From the NCBI GenBank assembly GCA_014874235.1, contig JACWAC010000001.1, positions 1-38,894 on the forward strand: DNA of 38,894 nucleotides, in the 5' to 3' direction. A program made the position numbers and the translations under genes. Of this stretch, positions 36,473-38,894 are shown piece by piece; within the stretch, counting starts at the first letter, position 1; the number at the start of each line of letters is the position of its first letter. The notes under the pieces were generated by a model that made no database searches, was not told the origin of the DNA, and was given only the letters and a program-made list of their open reading frames with translations. The DNA comes from Thermoplasmatales archaeon (GTDB taxonomy: Archaea > Thermoplasmatota > Thermoplasmata > Thermoplasmatales > GCA-001856825).

Positions 36473-36557
36473 GCGGAGGTTGCCGAGCCAGGTCAAAGGT
36501 GACAGATTTAGGGTCTGTTCCCGCAGGGGTCCGCCGGTTCGAATCCGGCCCTCCGCA
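36473..36557 (+). tRNA. tRNA-Leu (anticodon TAG), class II with a long variable arm
   Basis: GCGGAGG-TT-GCC..GGT-G-ACAGA-TTTAGGG-TCTGT-(TCCCGCAGGGGTC)-GCCGG-TTCGAAT-CCGGC-CCTCCGC-A, folded by hand. A TATA-like 'aatata' lies about 25 nt upstream. No CCA is encoded. Confidence 0.9.
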
Positions 36558-36570
36558 CTCTTTTTTATTT
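36558..36570 (+). terminator. oligo-T tract (CTCTTTTTTATTT) directly after tRNA-Leu
   Basis: A run of six T at 36561-36566. Archaeal RNA polymerase typically terminates at such tracts. Confidence 0.4.
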
Positions 36571-36610
36571 ATGTAAATCACAATACCCTGACAGCTGCAT
36601 AATCGTCGTT

Positions 36611-37951
36611 CTATTTACTGTGCAACCTCTCTGCAGCAACGAATGTCATGCCTCTTCTCGTAAGAACTTCCGCGGTTCTGTTCAGTGCGGCATGTTTATC
36701 CAGATAATTAACGAGAAGCTTAGGCATAAGTCCCTTGTCGATGATTTCTCTCTTCGACAAGAAGTAATCGAGTAAGTCGGAGGGATGGTTCCTCCTTCCA
36801 TCCACCTCTGGATTGCCTCCTTCGTGCTTAGCCCCTATGTTCTTTATGCGAGTAGCCAAGTCCACCAATTCTTCAGTTCTATCATATGGCTGTCTCACGA
36901 TGCTCCTGTAAGCTTCTGTTATGTGATGCTCAAGGCGGACAATGTCCTCGAACCCAAGGGAGTTCCGGATGTTTGCGGCCACCTCAATTGTCTTGTTGTC
37001 AACAGAGTTGGAAAGGTTCAACCCTATGAGCGGACTCTTGCCATCTTCTCGACTGAAGAGCTTCGCAGTCATAAGGGTCCATAGGATGGAATATGGATTA
37101 TCGATACCCAAGAATACAGAAATCTTGAACTCAATATCGATTCCCATCTTGTACAACCAGTAACCTAGGAGTACGGTACCAGAGTTTAGGTTGAGAACCT
37201 GCGGGAGGCCGTACTCAGTGTAGTAGTGGAGAACCTCATCCACCCAGTCGACCGCATACTGGTTGGGCATTCCAATGCCACCAAAGTACCCCGTAATTGT
37301 ATCGGGGCCCCCAAGGTGCACATTGATTGGTTTCTCATCCTTACCAGCGAGGGTACCCTTAGTATCTAGGGTCTGGACATAAGATCCTCCGACAATGTTC
37401 ATTCCAGCTGCGAAAGCAAGTATGTCTCCGTCCTCGATCTGCTCCTTCATCGACCGAACTCTTACGTACCTTGCTGGCATCAGTTCCCTGCCAGATATTG
37501 CATTCTTTGCCTCTTCTATCAACCATGGAAAGAAGTTAAGACCGCTTATTTCAAGGGTGACAGGGAATCTGTCATCAAACTTGATTGAGTCTACATCAGG
37601 CCCAAGGACCTTCCTCTGGTATTCGGGGATACTTATGAAATTTCCTCCGTCCCTCTGTTTTTCTAACCATTCTAGATCCTTGACGAACGGAGAGTGACCC
37701 TTCCTTAGTCTCCCCATCTGGTTTTCCATCTTGCCGTTTTCAAGTGCAATATGGTTGATTTCTTCTATGCCACCGTACTTGTCCACCATCTCTAGAACAC
37801 TGTCCACAAGCGGATTATCGTTGCGGAGCAAAAAGTCGTTAATTTCTTTCAGATGCGCCTCTTCTATCTTTAACATATTTCTTAGATCGGTCAATGCTTC
37901 TCCCCTCAAAGGGTAGTACCTAATAGGTACTAATATTTCGGGCACAACCAT
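36611..37951 (-). CDS. 446-aa conserved-looking hypothetical protein, function unknown (no Cys residues)
   Basis: Long uninterrupted ORF with a globular-looking composition. I recognise no family motif. It contains no Cys residue. It lies between tRNA-Leu and an Lrp/AsnC regulator on the same strand. Confidence 0.7.
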   Translation of the reverse strand: MVVPEILVPIRYYPLRGEALTDLRNMLKIEEAHLKEINDFLLRNDNPLVDSVLEMVDKYGGIEEINHIALENGKMENQMGRLRKGHSPFVKDLEWLEKQRDGGNFISIPEYQRKVLGPDVDSIKFDDRFPVTLEISGLNFFPWLIEEAKNAISGRELMPARYVRVRSMKEQIEDGDILAFAAGMNIVGGSYVQTLDTKGTLAGKDEKPINVHLGGPDTITGYFGGIGMPNQYAVDWVDEVLHYYTEYGLPQVLNLNSGTVLLGYWLYKMGIDIEFKISVFLGIDNPYSILWTLMTAKLFSREDGKSPLIGLNLSNSVDNKTIEVAANIRNSLGFEDIVRLEHHITEAYRSIVRQPYDRTEELVDLATRIKNIGAKHEGGNPEVDGRRNHPSDLLDYFLSKREIIDKGLMPKLLVNYLDKHAALNRTAEVLTRRGMTFVAAERLHSK

Positions 37952-37952
37952 T

Positions 37953-37979
37953 GGAAGACGAGCCTTTCTCGAGTCTTCC
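37953..37979 (-). promoter_or_regulatory. bulged 10-bp hairpin abutting the start codon of the 446-aa ORF
   Basis: GGAAGA-CGAG-ccttt-CTCG-(ag)-TCTTCC. It ends 2 nt from the ATG (37951-37949, minus strand). No TATA-like box lies at -25. The nearest AT-rich box is at about 38030-38045. Confidence 0.3.
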
Positions 37980-38072
37980 TTACAGGTACAACCAACAGTC
38001 TCTTTTTCGCAAAAAATGGAACTTTTCTCTCGTATTTTATTTGAAGAGAGATCCTGATTCGATCCTGGTTAT

Positions 38073-38576
38073 TCACCGGTCAGCAAGATTAATGTCGGGA
38101 TTTACTGCATTTGAGTAGTCGAAGTCCTTGATAATTTTGTGAACTTGTCTTGTGTCTGTTCTTTCGATTTCAGAGATTTCAAACAACTTATCCAGAACAG
38201 CAAGATATTCCGTTCTATTCCTGTAGACTCCAAACACTATGAAATCTATGTCTCCGCTGACATTGTAGATCGATAGAATCCCTGGCAGATTCTTCAATTT
38301 TTGACCTAGTTTCTCGATATAGTTGAGACCATATTTTGCCCTGACTAGTATTACAACAGGATAATCCAGATCAAATCTGTCACAGTTCAGTGTTGCCTTT
38401 ACACCGTTTATTAGTCCTCTTTTGCTCAGAGATTTCTTCCTCTTACTCACTGCAGAAGGTGAGAATAATCCAATCTTTTTGCCCAGTTGAGAATTTGACT
38501 GTGATGCGTCCGCCGTCAGCTGCTTTATGAGTCTAAGGTCAAAAATATCAGGGTCGTTAGCCCTATGTCGGTCCAT
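38073..38576 (-). CDS. Lrp/AsnC family transcriptional regulator
   Basis: N-terminal wHTH (DLRLIKQLTADASQSNSQLGKKIGLFSPSAVSKRKKSL) and a C-terminal RAM-like domain (VILVRAK ... ISIYNVSGDIDFIVF). Confidence 0.8.
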   Translation of the reverse strand: MDRHRANDPDIFDLRLIKQLTADASQSNSQLGKKIGLFSPSAVSKRKKSLSKRGLINGVKATLNCDRFDLDYPVVILVRAKYGLNYIEKLGQKLKNLPGILSIYNVSGDIDFIVFGVYRNRTEYLAVLDKLFEISEIERTDTRQVHKIIKDFDYSNAVNPDINLADR

Positions 38577-38718
38577 TAGAGCACAAATCTGCCCTTATAT
38601 TTAAAATTGAGGCAAACTATTTCCCATATAGTCAAAAGATGGCACTTTTAGTTCTTAATATTGTATCAGATTTGAGTCTTAAACACCTTTAAATAAGATA
38701 TAGAATATTTCAATTTTC

Positions 38719-38894
38719 ATGGCCGTCGAAGGTTCTGGCGGAATTCTTAGAAAAAATACGGGCGGACTTTGGCTCGGTGTTTTTCAAAGTTTGGCATTTG
38801 TTGCTCCTGCAGCCACCGCTGCTTCGTTCTATGTAGTTGAGGCGGGAATACTAGGCGCTTCGTTACCGATCACGTATGTGGTAGCCGTCATAGG
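38719..38894 (+). CDS. partial (5' end only) membrane transporter, probably an APC-family amino-acid permease
   Basis: MAVEGSGGILRKNTGGLWLGVFQSLAFVAPAATAASFYV... resembles APC permease N-termini. The gene is divergent from the Lrp regulator and truncated by the window edge. Confidence 0.5.
   Translation, partial: MAVEGSGGILRKNTGGLWLGVFQSLAFVAPAATAASFYVVEAGILGASLPITYVVAVI

Noticed and set aside
1-38894. Looked for CRISPR arrays, IS elements/transposases, integrases, rRNA, inteins or long direct repeats
   Set aside because: I found no regularly spaced repeats, no recombinase-like ORFs and no oversized host proteins suggesting inteins. The intergenic regions are short (at most about 220 nt) and are accounted for by tRNAs, TATA boxes and short hairpins.

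Overview
This is a densely coding (about 90%) chromosomal segment that looks archaeal. The tRNAs lack an encoded CCA. AT-rich TATA-like boxes sit about 25-30 nt upstream of start codons, which suggests mostly leaderless operons. Archaeal marker genes are present: Taw1, TrmI, a geranylgeranyl reductase, a presenilin-type protease and an archaeal-type AlaRS. A Thermoplasmata-like aerobic euryarchaeon is my inference from gene content and roughly 45-50% GC. Reading left to right, the window contains: a low-GC DUF4145-like gene next to tRNA-Ala; ctaB-alaX; the grpE-dnaK-dnaJ operon; a presenilin homologue; a geranylgeranyl reductase; alaS coupled to an M50 site-2 protease; and trmI-taw1. A co-directional respiratory block of about 17 kb follows. 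It holds two different complex II operons in tandem and then an 11-subunit nuoABCDHIJKLMN operon with no nuoEFG, a split nuoJ and two tightly coupled small unknown ORFs at its end. After that come an isoprenoid/prenyl-FMN pair (polyprenyl synthase and ubiX), a GNAT, a heme-oxygenase-like diiron-type enzyme overlapping a Cys-rich small protein, tRNA-Leu, a 446-aa orphan protein, an Lrp/AsnC regulator and the start of a permease. I saw no CRISPR array, IS/transposase, rRNA or obvious defence island. The candidates most worth a second look are the non-canonical anchor of the first complex II operon, the heme-oxygenase-like/Cys-rich pair, the 446-aa orphan and the small ORFs trailing nuo. All functional calls rest on motif recognition by eye. 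No database search was run.
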